Positions 29,184 to 39,047 of a DNA stretch of 64,000 nucleotides are shown here, in pieces. Location of the stretch: the sequence record NZ_CP024444.1, one strand, 5' to 3'. Position numbers and translations under genes: made by a program. The stretch comes from a plasmid. Numbering within the stretch: the first letter of the stretch is position 1; every line of letters begins with the position of its first letter. The notes under the pieces are model-generated. The model was given only the letters and a program-made list of their open reading frames with translations, did not search any database and was not told where the DNA came from.

Positions 29184-30659
29184 ATGTTGGCCGAACGTAA
29201 CGACGAAAGACACCTTGGATGTAATCAGGATGATAATCTCGACTTGTTCCAGGATGATCCAATTGGTAGAGAATTAATTGCAGACTTCCCTAGTCTTGCT
29301 ACGCCCACACAAAGCCCAAAGCCACAAGCCAGTAAGCCAAAACGCCCACGCAAAAAAACCAAGCCAGCTGCCGTAGAAAGTGAACAAGATGCAAGAGCAT
29401 TAGAACCCATCGACGACAACGTTTATTCGGTTGCAGTGACGGGTGAAAAAGGTTTATCGATACGGGTACGTCCGACAGGTAGTAAAGAGTATCGGTTTCG
29501 TTATGCCCATCCAACAAGTAAAGAGCGTATAGTCATCACCCTTGGCAAAGTAGGTATCGATACCCTAGATAGCATCCGTAAAACTGCAGTCACGTATCGA
29601 AAGTTATTAGCCCAAGGCATTGATCCAAGAGGGCCTAATAGCCACACTTATATTATTGCCGCGCCTGAAGGCATCATGACTTTTGCCGATGTCGCCCAGC
29701 TGTGGCTTACACAAAAACAATCAGGTAAGCGCAAATATTCGGCAAATACTGTGCTGTATTGGGAACGTTGCATCCGTTACCTAAATGAGTATATCGGTGA
29801 TAAATACATTGATACTATTGAGCCAATGGATTTATTAAACGCCATCTATCGCGTGCAAAACAATGATGCGCCCACCACAGGGCAACACATGCGCCAATAT
29901 GCTGAAGATATTTTCAGTTTTGCACTCACTCGTAAGCTGGTTAATTCAAATACGGCCTTACAGATAAGAGGGCAACTATTACCAGTCGGTTCGGTACGCC
30001 ACCACCCTGCGATTACCAAGCCCGATGAATTTGCCAACTTGATGTATGACCTACATCATCCAGCTGAAATATTGGGTGAAAAGCATCGGGTGAGTGAACT
30101 AACCCTATTGTGCTTACAAATACTGCCGCACCTTTATCCGCGTTCGATTGATATGCGCTCGATGGTATGGTCGGATATCAGTTTTACCGACAAGCTTTGG
30201 ATATTTAGTCCCAAAAAAGGTGAAGGTCGTGAGGATATGGTGGATAACTTAATCGTGCCATTATCAGAACCCGTTCTAGCCTTACTTGAGCAATTAAAGT
30301 CGATTAACGGCAATAAGCCCTATGTATTTAACTCTAAGAGCAAAGCCAGTAATACATTTATTGACCGCAGCCCATTGAATGTGACTCTTGATCGTCTAGG
30401 TTATGCCAATCGCCAATGCCCACATGGGTTTAGAGCCAGTGCTAAAACCATGCAAATGGAAGTAAGAGGGCTGCGTTACAACGCGATGCTGACTGAAATG
30501 CAATTGGGCCACAAAATAGCTGACTTGCATGGCACTGCGTATAACCGTTTAGATGAAATCGATGCTCGAATTGAAATGATGCAAAACTGGTCACGGTTGC
30601 TCGACAGTATGTCCCATCACCAAAATTGGCAGGCAGTATATTACGGGGATGAACAATGA
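29184..30659 (+). CDS. P4-type tyrosine integrase (site-specific recombinase)
   Basis: Arm-binding N-domain pattern (LSIRVRPTGSKEYRFRYAHP). Catalytic residues in HGFRASAKT...LGHK...AYNR (R, HxxR, Y). It has an unusually long, acidic/basic N-terminal extension of about 75 aa. Confidence 0.85.
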   Translation: MLAERNDERHLGCNQDDNLDLFQDDPIGRELIADFPSLATPTQSPKPQASKPKRPRKKTKPAAVESEQDARALEPIDDNVYSVAVTGEKGLSIRVRPTGSKEYRFRYAHPTSKERIVITLGKVGIDTLDSIRKTAVTYRKLLAQGIDPRGPNSHTYIIAAPEGIMTFADVAQLWLTQKQSGKRKYSANTVLYWERCIRYLNEYIGDKYIDTIEPMDLLNAIYRVQNNDAPTTGQHMRQYAEDIFSFALTRKLVNSNTALQIRGQLLPVGSVRHHPAITKPDEFANLMYDLHHPAEILGEKHRVSELTLLCLQILPHLYPRSIDMRSMVWSDISFTDKLWIFSPKKGEGREDMVDNLIVPLSEPVLALLEQLKSINGNKPYVFNSKSKASNTFIDRSPLNVTLDRLGYANRQCPHGFRASAKTMQMEVRGLRYNAMLTEMQLGHKIADLHGTAYNRLDEIDARIEMMQNWSRLLDSMSHHQNWQAVYYGDEQ

Positions 30660-31540
30660 ATTTGTTAAAATTGGTGGTTTATACCTCCGCAATACTACTA
30701 TGCGCTTGCCGGGTGGATAGTCAAAGTACGCAAAGTGCCGTCACACATATTTCTAAAAATATAGAAACCACACGCGAGCAAGCTAAAGTCTTAAGTCAGG
30801 CTGCAGGCTATGACCCAAGCAATCAGGCGACAGCCGCGGCTAATTCAGTGAACAGCTCGCCAGTACGTGCGCCAAACCAATGCAATGACATGCTGTATCA
30901 AGGCATTCAGCCAAAGCTACCCAGCTCATTGAATGAAAACACCACCCCTCTTTGTTATACAGGGTTTATGGTACTGTATTCAGGTGTTAGCCGAACGCCA
31001 TTATGGTCAGCCGAGCACCTAACTGTCGATAGACTTAACAAAGCCCAACAGTTAGAACGGGTAGATAATTTCCATGAGGATTTAAACTTACCTGAAGACC
31101 AACGGGCTCGCTTATCCGATTACACGGGTACAGGTTTCGATCGTGGGCATTTAGCACCGAATGCCGACATGCCCGATACCCAAACCCAATATGAAAGTTT
31201 TGGTTTATCAAACATCGTGCCACAAAACCCACAAAGCAACCGCAAGTCATGGGCAGACTTAGAAAAGCTGGTGCGCTCGATGACCAAACACAGCCAAGAA
31301 AGTTATGTGGTAACGGGGGTTAGCTTTACAGGCACTCGGGTGCTTAAAATTAAAAACCATGTGTTTGTACCAAGCCATCTTTATAAAGCCGTGTATTTCC
31401 CGACGCGAGGGCAAGGCATGGCTTTCATCGCGCCAAACAATGACAGCAATCAGGTATACAAAGTCACGTTGGCTCAATTAACCCAGCAGCTAGGTGTTGA
31501 CCCATTTCCAAACTTATCACCATCTCAAAAAGCCCAATAA
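30656..31540 (+). CDS. exported DNA/RNA non-specific endonuclease (Serratia-nuclease/Endonuclease_NS family)
   Basis: Signal peptide. Active-site motif GFDRGHLAPNAD (DRGH). Its start overlaps the integrase stop (ATGA). Confidence 0.8.
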   Translation: MNLLKLVVYTSAILLCACRVDSQSTQSAVTHISKNIETTREQAKVLSQAAGYDPSNQATAAANSVNSSPVRAPNQCNDMLYQGIQPKLPSSLNENTTPLCYTGFMVLYSGVSRTPLWSAEHLTVDRLNKAQQLERVDNFHEDLNLPEDQRARLSDYTGTGFDRGHLAPNADMPDTQTQYESFGLSNIVPQNPQSNRKSWADLEKLVRSMTKHSQESYVVTGVSFTGTRVLKIKNHVFVPSHLYKAVYFPTRGQGMAFIAPNNDSNQVYKVTLAQLTQQLGVDPFPNLSPSQKAQ

Positions 31541-31557
31541 CTACGAGTGTACCCACT

Positions 31558-31848
31558 ATGAACATGCAACAACAGGTGTATCTAAGATTCGCTGAATTGT
31601 GTGCTGAAATTTCCTGTATCAGCAGTCGTCGGCTACAGGTGGCTATGATTGATAGTCATAGCAAAAACGACCAAGATGACATTTTAAAACTCCATCGCCT
31701 GCTAGACAGTTTTCATGCCATGATAGAGGTGTTAAACACCGAAACCGACTTAGGTTATATAGCCGATCAAGCCGCTATTAGTGCCAAAGTTGACAAGTTA
31801 AAGCAATATTTTAAAGATGCTAATCATGAGAAAGGCTCAAATAATTAA
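31558..31848 (+). CDS. hypothetical protein
   Basis: 96-aa ORF. Confidence 0.35.
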   Translation: MNMQQQVYLRFAELCAEISCISSRRLQVAMIDSHSKNDQDDILKLHRLLDSFHAMIEVLNTETDLGYIADQAAISAKVDKLKQYFKDANHEKGSNN

Positions 31849-31866
31849 GACATTTAAAGGTAAGCC

Positions 31867-32496
31867 ATGACCGACCAAACCATCACCCAAACCAGTGAAC
31901 ACGATTTTAACACCCAAGAGATTATTTTGTCTGAACCGATGCGCTATGTTGTATCTTTGGTCAGAAAATACCAAAAGGTAAGCTTAAGAACCGCCGTTAT
32001 ATTAGCGGTGATGGCGATTACAACTGGGCTTATGATGTTTGATTTATCTCACGCCAGCCGTTGGCTTTACGCCCTATTGGTTGTGGACATGATTGTCCTA
32101 TCGACCAATGCTGCCAGTATATTTGGGTCTATGAATATGATTGTGCATGGCAAACCACGTCCGGTATTTGATGATTATGCTGACCCACAAAAAGACAACC
32201 TTAAGCACAACATGGCAAGCCTCCGTTTTATGAAATCGATGTATGCCTATGTCTGCGTAGCACCGATGGTATCAGTGGTACTTATGATGATTACTTTGGC
32301 ATTGGTGAATTATGTGTTTGTGTTAGCCGCTGAACAACGCTTTTTGATGACGTATGCCTTAATAGGGATAATTGTGATACTCGCCATTTTAAGTGCGATC
32401 AACTCCCCTACTTACCTTAAGGTCACCCGGTATTTAAAAAACTTACAGGTCGCGAACCAATATTTATCTAACACATCAATCCCAATTGACCGATGA
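31867..32496 (+). CDS. hypothetical integral membrane protein (4 TM)
   Basis: Hydrophobic segments (AVILAVMAITTGLMMF, LYALLVVDMIVLSTNAASIFG, and others). Confidence 0.4.
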   Translation: MTDQTITQTSEHDFNTQEIILSEPMRYVVSLVRKYQKVSLRTAVILAVMAITTGLMMFDLSHASRWLYALLVVDMIVLSTNAASIFGSMNMIVHGKPRPVFDDYADPQKDNLKHNMASLRFMKSMYAYVCVAPMVSVVLMMITLALVNYVFVLAAEQRFLMTYALIGIIVILAILSAINSPTYLKVTRYLKNLQVANQYLSNTSIPIDR

Positions 32497-32670
32497 AAAT
32501 ATTCCAGCCTTGTTAGCTGGTGCTACCGTTCGTGAGCAAGTTTATAAAGACAAGACATCGTTAAGTTTAATCAAACAGACAGTAAAGATGATTGCTTAAA
32601 CACTGTAATGACCGCCATTAGACTTACTGCTTGTAAAAATCAAATACGAAGTCAACTACAGAGGGGATGT

Positions 32671-33155
32671 ATGAAAAAATCTGCTGTCATATCAGATTGC
32701 GAAAAGTATCGTTATCAATTAATTAGACAATGGGATGACAACAAAACTTGGCATTATTCATTGGACTAAATCCATCCATAGCCGATGATGAAATTGATGA
32801 CCCCACAATAAGACGATGTATCGGTTTTGCCAAACGTGAACGTTTTGGCGGCTTTATTATGGCAAATCTTTTTGCTTACCGAGCAACTTCGCCTTGCGAT
32901 ATGAAAAGTGCAGGACAACCAGTAGGCGAATTAAATGAATATTGGTTAGAACAAAGCATTAGTTCTTGTAAGGTTGTTATTGTCTGTTGGGGTGGCAATG
33001 GCTCGCACTTAAACCGACATATAGAAGTTAATGAATTGCTCAAAAAACATGCTAACAATACGCCTATTTTATGCTTTGGGAAAACCAAAGCTGGGCAACC
33101 AAAACATCCGCTATACTTAGCATCCAATACAGAACTGATAAATTATTTTAATTAA
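32671..33155 (+). pseudogene. DUF1643-family protein gene with a frameshift in a poly-A tract near codon 27
   Basis: ATG at 32671 reads MKKSAVISDCEKYRYQLIRQWDDNKT, then meets a stop. The rest of the family-typical sequence (LALFIGLNPSIADDE...) continues in another frame from 32748. The shift is at ACAACAAAACTTGG. Confidence 0.55.
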
Positions 33156-33159
33156 AAAT

Positions 33160-33186
33160 AAAAAGGCATGTTTATGCCTTTTCTTA
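33160..33186. terminator. bidirectional terminator between the convergent DUF1643 and methyltransferase genes
   Basis: AAGGCAT-gttt-ATGCCTT flanked by A-run and T-run. Confidence 0.55.
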
Positions 33187-33246
33187 CTTTGGTAATGAAC
33201 CATTAACCTTATGAAGTTGTTGTTAATAGGTGGCTATGATAAACCA

Positions 33247-34692
33247 TCACGCCACCACACTGTATAATTTTTCATGGGCAAAGTTTGCTTCAACCAACGC
33301 TTTAGCAATCGGTGGGCAGACCGAATTTCCCACCATACGCGTTTGAGCCGTTTTTGACAATTTGATAACCTTGCCATGCTCGTCGATACCCTTGTCAATG
33401 ATATAGCTATCATCGAACCCTTGTGCCTGAAACAGTTCACGCGGCTGTAGCATACGAAAACCAATATCATTTAACCGATAGTCAATGCCGTTGATGGTAA
33501 TTAGGCTAAATCTATCCTTGCCTGTAATGGTGCGCATCGGGTCAGATAGCTTTTGACCATTGCGCTCATTACCGTAATAAACTGATAAAAATGCGCTTAC
33601 TAACGCATGATGACGCCCTGTGGTTATTGTCTTTAAAGGCGAATTCACACAGCCACCGGGATTGCCGCTGGTATTGACGACCAATGTAGGTGCGACCAAT
33701 GAGTTATGGTCACATGCGGTTATCGTATGTAGGGGACCACAAATTTCACTGCCCACCACGCCTGTATAGTTTTTGGCAATAAACGGGGCAATAAGCGCAT
33801 GATGTCCGCCTTTAATCTGACTGCAGATAGTCCGCAACGGCTCATTGGCTGGCATGCAGCGCGGTGATGACGTATTGGCAATCTCGGTCATAACAGGTGT
33901 TTTATCATTGACGACAAACGGACTTGGGTTATTGATTACATAACGCATGATGCCTGCGGCAATACGCTTGCAAGTATTATCCGCCAATGGCTTAGTACGC
34001 TCAAAGATACTCGGGCATGGAATTGACCAGTCAATACATTCGGCAGCGGTTCGCCAAGGTAATAACTTGCCTTTTTTTACCGCCAAGCTATCAGGTTCCC
34101 CGTGCGTGGGTTTTGGCCACTGAATTTTTAGACCATCGCGTCTTGCGATTAAAAAAAACCGTTTACGGGTTGTCGGTGCCCCAAAATCACAAGCTCGCAG
34201 CTCGCGATACTCAACCTCATAACCCTGGTTTTCAAGTGCGCGGATAAAAGACCTAAATGTTTTGCCTTTGTTTATTTTGCACGGTTTGCCATCTTCGCCA
34301 ACTGGACCCCACGTTTTGAATTCTTCTACGTTTTCAAGCATGATGACCCGTGGACGGCATTTTGATGCCCAGCGCAATGCGACCCAAGCAAGACCCCGTA
34401 CACGCTTGCTGACGGGTGCACCCCCTTTTGCTTTACTAAAATGCTTACAATCGGGGCTTAACCACACCAAGCCAACAGGCTGATTACCCGTGACTTTAAT
34501 CGGGTCAACTTCCCAAACTGACTCACAGTAATGTTTAGTATTTGGATGATTAATACGATGCATGGCAAGTGCTTCAGGGTCATGATTGATAGCGATATCA
34601 ATCGGTCTACCAAACGCCTGCTCTAAACCCGTACTGGTGCCACCACCGCCTGCAAAATTATCAACGATTAGCTCATGAGGCAACAATTGCAT
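33247..34692 (-). CDS. DNA (cytosine-5)-methyltransferase (Dcm-like)
   Basis: Motif I DNFAGGGGTS. Motif IV SPDCKHFS (PC). Motif VI ENVEEF (ENV). Variable target-recognition region. Confidence 0.9.
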   Translation of the reverse strand: MQLLPHELIVDNFAGGGGTSTGLEQAFGRPIDIAINHDPEALAMHRINHPNTKHYCESVWEVDPIKVTGNQPVGLVWLSPDCKHFSKAKGGAPVSKRVRGLAWVALRWASKCRPRVIMLENVEEFKTWGPVGEDGKPCKINKGKTFRSFIRALENQGYEVEYRELRACDFGAPTTRKRFFLIARRDGLKIQWPKPTHGEPDSLAVKKGKLLPWRTAAECIDWSIPCPSIFERTKPLADNTCKRIAAGIMRYVINNPSPFVVNDKTPVMTEIANTSSPRCMPANEPLRTICSQIKGGHHALIAPFIAKNYTGVVGSEICGPLHTITACDHNSLVAPTLVVNTSGNPGGCVNSPLKTITTGRHHALVSAFLSVYYGNERNGQKLSDPMRTITGKDRFSLITINGIDYRLNDIGFRMLQPRELFQAQGFDDSYIIDKGIDEHGKVIKLSKTAQTRMVGNSVCPPIAKALVEANFAHEKLYSVVA

Positions 34693-34930
34693 TATTGCAC
34701 CCCCTGTGTAGCTAAAATGGCGTTAATTAGTTTGCCGCCAGCCATAAAGACAATCGGTCTTTCATCAGATGTTTGAGCCTTTCTCGTCATCTTCAGTTTC
34801 CTATTCACTTGATAAGTTGTGTTGTTAATCAATGCTTCAATCAAATTGAATTCAATTTATCTGCCTTTTAAAACTAAATTCACTAACTCATGAAGGTTTT
34901 GATTTGATTAATTAAAGCATATTGAAAAAA

Positions 34931-35941
34931 TTAATCGAAGTATTCAAAATAACGCCCATTTAGCAACGAAATTGCTTCATGCGCCCCCTTTTCAATCGCG
35001 TTTTTATCTTTCAATAGTTTTTCATCTTCTTTAATACTAAGTTCAATGTCGTCAACAAGGCTGCGATAACCATCCCAATATTCGTTTGATTTCGCGACGG
35101 CGGACTCACTCCAAATATCCTCCATCCAAGTTGAGAAATCAAATCGCGCCAAAGTTTGTAGTGCGTTTTGTTCGCCACTGATTAAGGTATCGTACATATC
35201 GGGTTTCACTAAATAACTGTATACCTTCATCTTCCACTTGCTGCGGCAAAACGCTTCAAGCACCAATGTTAGTATGGCTCGATAAAGAGTTCCGGTTGCG
35301 CCAACGACTTCGCTTAAATGTACGCCCGTTGTGTACACTTGGCAGCTATGGCTATTAAAAACTTTAACAATTAAAATCTCGCCAGCCTGTGAGTCTTTGC
35401 GAATAAATAAAACTTCGGAAACTTTGTCAAAACCATCGTCGGGTGTGGTACAAAAATCTACGACATCCGCTACGTTACGAAACTGTGAATAATTTTTAAC
35501 TACAAATGGCTTACCAATGCCAAATTGCAGCCAATTATCGTTACACCCAAAATAATTCGCCAGTAGCTTTAGTTGGCTAAAAGACGGCTCGGCTTTACCT
35601 TTAAACCATTTCTCTGTTTCTGTGGCGTATTCATACCCCAATTTTTTAGCAATCAATGACGGTGTCAAATAAGGGGCTAACGGCATTTTTCGCGTTCCCT
35701 CCAGCAAAAAATTCAAACGCGCTGAAATATCAGAAATTCGCTCGGAAGTTTGAAAGCGGTTGGCTAATTCATTTACCGCTTCAACGACATTTTGATAATT
35801 ATCATTAAGCGTCACAAAAGAATTCATTAAACGCTCAACAAGTTCAGCGTTAAGAGAGCGATTGTTATCTTTAGCATGTAGATGAATTTTATCTTTTAAG
35901 GGGCGTGGCAATCTTAGATTGACTTGAACTTCGTCCGACAT
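34931..35941 (-). CDS. Arc/MetJ-type ribbon-helix-helix domain fused to a ~290-aa domain of unknown function
   Basis: N-terminus VNLRLPRPLKDKIHLHAKDNNRSLNAELVERL is an Arc-like RHH. The remainder has no obvious motif. Confidence 0.45.
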   Translation of the reverse strand: MSDEVQVNLRLPRPLKDKIHLHAKDNNRSLNAELVERLMNSFVTLNDNYQNVVEAVNELANRFQTSERISDISARLNFLLEGTRKMPLAPYLTPSLIAKKLGYEYATETEKWFKGKAEPSFSQLKLLANYFGCNDNWLQFGIGKPFVVKNYSQFRNVADVVDFCTTPDDGFDKVSEVLFIRKDSQAGEILIVKVFNSHSCQVYTTGVHLSEVVGATGTLYRAILTLVLEAFCRSKWKMKVYSYLVKPDMYDTLISGEQNALQTLARFDFSTWMEDIWSESAVAKSNEYWDGYRSLVDDIELSIKEDEKLLKDKNAIEKGAHEAISLLNGRYFEYFD

Positions 35942-36110
35942 TATTTTTCCTTTTAAAAAGCATGTATTGAAAGACCATTAAATAATATTAACACATGAAT
36001 AATATAAAACTATATTAATATATTCATATTATAAAAACAATATTATTTTAATATATTTTAACTTAAAAAATAATTTACACGCCTTCCTTAATGATGAAAA
36101 ATAAGCTTAT

Positions 36111-36776
36111 TTATTTAGAAAGAACACTGCGTCTTTCAATCACCCTAAAGTTGATGCACCACACCCACGGGTTATTATCCCATCGCCTACCACTATTAAG
36201 CTCATAGAAACTATCCCAATGTTTGCTAAATTCTTGTTTGTAGCTATGTTTATGAGGGGACCAAAGCCCTTCTTTCTCATAATCTTGGTGGCTAATATCC
36301 TGCAGACGCTCGATGCGAGTATCGGTAATCTCAAGTAGCAATCGACTAAATTGCTTGGGCATCGATACGGGCGAGTTCCAGTAATAACCCTTTTCTTTAA
36401 GTTGTTCCATACTCGGTACATTCTCAAGATAAGGCATTTTTTCTAACAAATCGTTTGGGTAGCTGGCTTTATAGGTTAAATAGTTTTGGTCACTCACCTG
36501 TTGCCAGGTTTCGCGCACCCATAGACTCTCGCCAATCTCACCGTAAGGGCATTTCGGTTTACCAATCATCCAGCCATTTGGTTCATTAAATAGCCACCAA
36601 TCGCCATCCTTTTTTTCAATGTGCAGCCGAGTGATGTCTTCAGTTAGATGATCCTTAAACTTTACAACTCGCCTAACCATGGTTCTTTCACCCGTTAATA
36701 TGCCTTTTACCGTTTCCATATTAAACACAATGGGTCGCTCTTTTGTTTGTGTCGCCTGTCGTGATAAATAATTCAT
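36111..36776 (-). CDS. ASCH (PUA-like) domain protein
   Basis: ILTGERTMVRRVV parallels the ASCH motif ILAGRKTITIR. LWVRETW parallels the second ASCH motif. Such proteins are common in prophages near methyltransferases. Confidence 0.45.
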   Translation of the reverse strand: MNYLSRQATQTKERPIVFNMETVKGILTGERTMVRRVVKFKDHLTEDITRLHIEKKDGDWWLFNEPNGWMIGKPKCPYGEIGESLWVRETWQQVSDQNYLTYKASYPNDLLEKMPYLENVPSMEQLKEKGYYWNSPVSMPKQFSRLLLEITDTRIERLQDISHQDYEKEGLWSPHKHSYKQEFSKHWDSFYELNSGRRWDNNPWVWCINFRVIERRSVLSK

Positions 36777-36833
36777 CTTGATACATCCCTATACTTGTTT
36801 GTTAAGCCATGAATTTGCTAATTAGGTTTAAAG

Positions 36834-38348
36834 TCACAGCACATTGCGGTATTCGTATTGGTCTAAAACAGGTAAGTTGTCAGTGTGAATGGGTGTTGAG
36901 GCATCGCGCACAAAATAACTTTCGCTTAGGATATTTTTTGCATTATCGCCACAGGGATAATTGCACAGCATCATGTTTTGCACAATCTGCTGTCCTGGTT
37001 TTTCAGTAATGACGTAGCTATCCCGACCAAATACCGATACCCATGTTGCAAGCAGCGATTGGGTGTAACCGTGCGTGCTTGATGGTTTTGCGATAATATT
37101 GGCCACCACATGACGGCTACTGGCTTTGATGGCTTGTAGGCTTTCTTTGCTATAGACATTGCTTGCCACATACAGTCCATGAAACACATCAATGAGCGCA
37201 AAATCATACGGAGTGTCCCGGTAGGTCGTCACATAACGACGGGCATCTTTGGCAACAAAATGCACGTTGCTGGGTAAAGGCTTTTCTAAATAACGCGCTT
37301 CAACGATGCTAGGTAGGTATTCGTCGATATCGACGACCGTATTCATGCTTTGTGGGTGTTTGCTGGCGTACTCCAAAGGTATCACCATGCCTGCCCCACC
37401 AAGATACAGTAAGTGTTGGGCGTTTAGTTGGTTTGCCATGTTGACGCTTAATTGAGCGTACCATCCACAGCTTGACTGGGTATCAACATCCCAACAGCTA
37501 CTAATGGTTCTACGGGGGTCGTCTGTCAACCCACGCGCCTTATGACCATAGTTGTCTTTACCTGTCATCGTGCCGTCGATAATAAACCATGCGGTAGTCG
37601 GGGTTTGGATGCCTGTGTCGGTATGATTGGTGACACTAAAAATGAATACCATAGATAAAGCCGAGATACAGTACACCACATTACCTTTAATAGTACCCAC
37701 AAAGTTATCGCTTGGTTTATGTTCACGTAGACTCAACGCGGTTGCCATACTTGATGCCATACACAACATTATGACGAACGACATCAAACTGGCTTTTAAG
37801 CCAATATCAGGTAGCATGATAATCGGGGTGAGCGTTGAACCTAGTGCGCTGCCAACGGTGGTCATGGCAACCATCACGCCAGTATACTCACCAGCTAACA
37901 GGGCTGAATTTTTACTTTTGGGTTTGTTTAACGTAAGAAATTGGGTAAGTAGTGGGATGCTTGCTGACGCAAATGCCATACCGATGCCAAACATCGTTCC
38001 TACAAGAACGGCAGAAAAAAGGCTATCAACATTCGATTTCTCAAGAATTTCCATGGCTGGAATTTGAAACAAACAGGCAACTGCATGGGAAAATGCCGCT
38101 AGGGATAACACCAAGCCTGCCTTTTGTAAGGTTGCTTTCTTGTTTTGCATTTTCTCGCACAGTTTGCCACCCTGCCAGTAACCTAGTGCGATCGCAACGA
38201 GTAGCATTGCTAAGATAACGCCTGTAATTGCCGTTGAACTACCGATATAAATAGCTGCAACACGAATTGCGTAAATCTCAACACCTAACCCGGCAAAACC
38301 TTCAAACAGCCCTATTAACAAACATGGTAATAAGGGGGTCTTCAACAT
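36834..38348 (-). CDS. membrane protein with an N-terminal multi-TM domain fused to a spermidine-synthase-like (polyamine aminopropyltransferase fold) domain
   Basis: About 8 N-terminal TM helices. C-terminal LYLGGAGMVIPLEY...VVDIDEYLP...FALIDVF matches the SpeE family. Carries the backbone motif upstream. Confidence 0.55.
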   Translation of the reverse strand: MLKTPLLPCLLIGLFEGFAGLGVEIYAIRVAAIYIGSSTAITGVILAMLLVAIALGYWQGGKLCEKMQNKKATLQKAGLVLSLAAFSHAVACLFQIPAMEILEKSNVDSLFSAVLVGTMFGIGMAFASASIPLLTQFLTLNKPKSKNSALLAGEYTGVMVAMTTVGSALGSTLTPIIMLPDIGLKASLMSFVIMLCMASSMATALSLREHKPSDNFVGTIKGNVVYCISALSMVFIFSVTNHTDTGIQTPTTAWFIIDGTMTGKDNYGHKARGLTDDPRRTISSCWDVDTQSSCGWYAQLSVNMANQLNAQHLLYLGGAGMVIPLEYASKHPQSMNTVVDIDEYLPSIVEARYLEKPLPSNVHFVAKDARRYVTTYRDTPYDFALIDVFHGLYVASNVYSKESLQAIKASSRHVVANIIAKPSSTHGYTQSLLATWVSVFGRDSYVITEKPGQQIVQNMMLCNYPCGDNAKNILSESYFVRDASTPIHTDNLPVLDQYEYRNVL

Positions 38349-38357
38349 ATTGTTCTC

Positions 38358-38370
38358 TATTCGCTAAAAC
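38358..38370 (-). promoter_or_regulatory. copy of the recurrent motif (rc GTTTTAGCGAATA), 9 nt upstream of the ATG of 36834-38348
   Basis: Seen in sequence. It is followed by AGAGAAC, as at the 49870 gene. Confidence 0.5.
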
Positions 38371-38411
38371 TTAAAAGGGCAAATTCACTAAAATTTGCTA
38401 GGTATCACTAT

Positions 38412-39047
38412 TTATTTGGCTTTGGCTGCGCCTGCGGTATCATTTTTTACCAGCTTGTTAGTATCTTCATTGACACCACTTAGTATCGCGGTATTGCCGT
38501 AATTATTGTTAGTGTGACCTTTGGCAGTATCGATACGCTGTTGAATATTTTGTGCCAACACAGGGTCAGTTGCCGCTTGAGGTTGGTGGTACTGTTCTAA
38601 TTGGTCAAGTGTTGCAACGCCACCTCTAGCAAGGGTTTGCTCTTTGTCTTTCTTGACGTTATTTAGTACCTCTTGCTGCGCTTTAACAGCATCATCAAAA
38701 ACATGCTCATTTTTGCTGCCGGGCTGTGGCGTGGTGATTTCTTCAGGATATTTGCCATCTAGCTGCTGTTCTAATGGCTGAAAGCTTTGGCTTACTTGCC
38801 CAGCTAGTAAATCCACTTTGGCGATTTCATCAGCATTTTTATAAACTTCTTCATACTTCTTAATATGCGGTCTACGAAAATCGGCGAAATAGATATAAGC
38901 CACAATCGCAAGGGCAATTGAACCTAAAATCAACATGATTTGACCTTTGGTAAAATCAAGGCCACGAAGTTTGGCAATAGCCTCTTGCACATGCCGTTTT
39001 ACATCATGTTTTGACACGGGCGAGCTTACTTTTAACGGGGTTTTCAT
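38412..39047 (-). CDS. hypothetical membrane-anchored protein
   Basis: TM helix ILGSIALAIVAYIYFADF after about 35 cytoplasmic residues. The C-terminal domain is Gln/Ala-rich. Confidence 0.4.
   Translation of the reverse strand: MKTPLKVSSPVSKHDVKRHVQEAIAKLRGLDFTKGQIMLILGSIALAIVAYIYFADFRRPHIKKYEEVYKNADEIAKVDLLAGQVSQSFQPLEQQLDGKYPEEITTPQPGSKNEHVFDDAVKAQQEVLNNVKKDKEQTLARGGVATLDQLEQYHQPQAATDPVLAQNIQQRIDTAKGHTNNNYGNTAILSGVNEDTNKLVKNDTAGAAKAK

Noticed and set aside
36809-37009. 66-aa + strand ORF, and 37627-38218 + strand ORFs inside the SpeE-like gene.
   Set aside because: Antisense to a long minus-strand ORF with a clear domain architecture.
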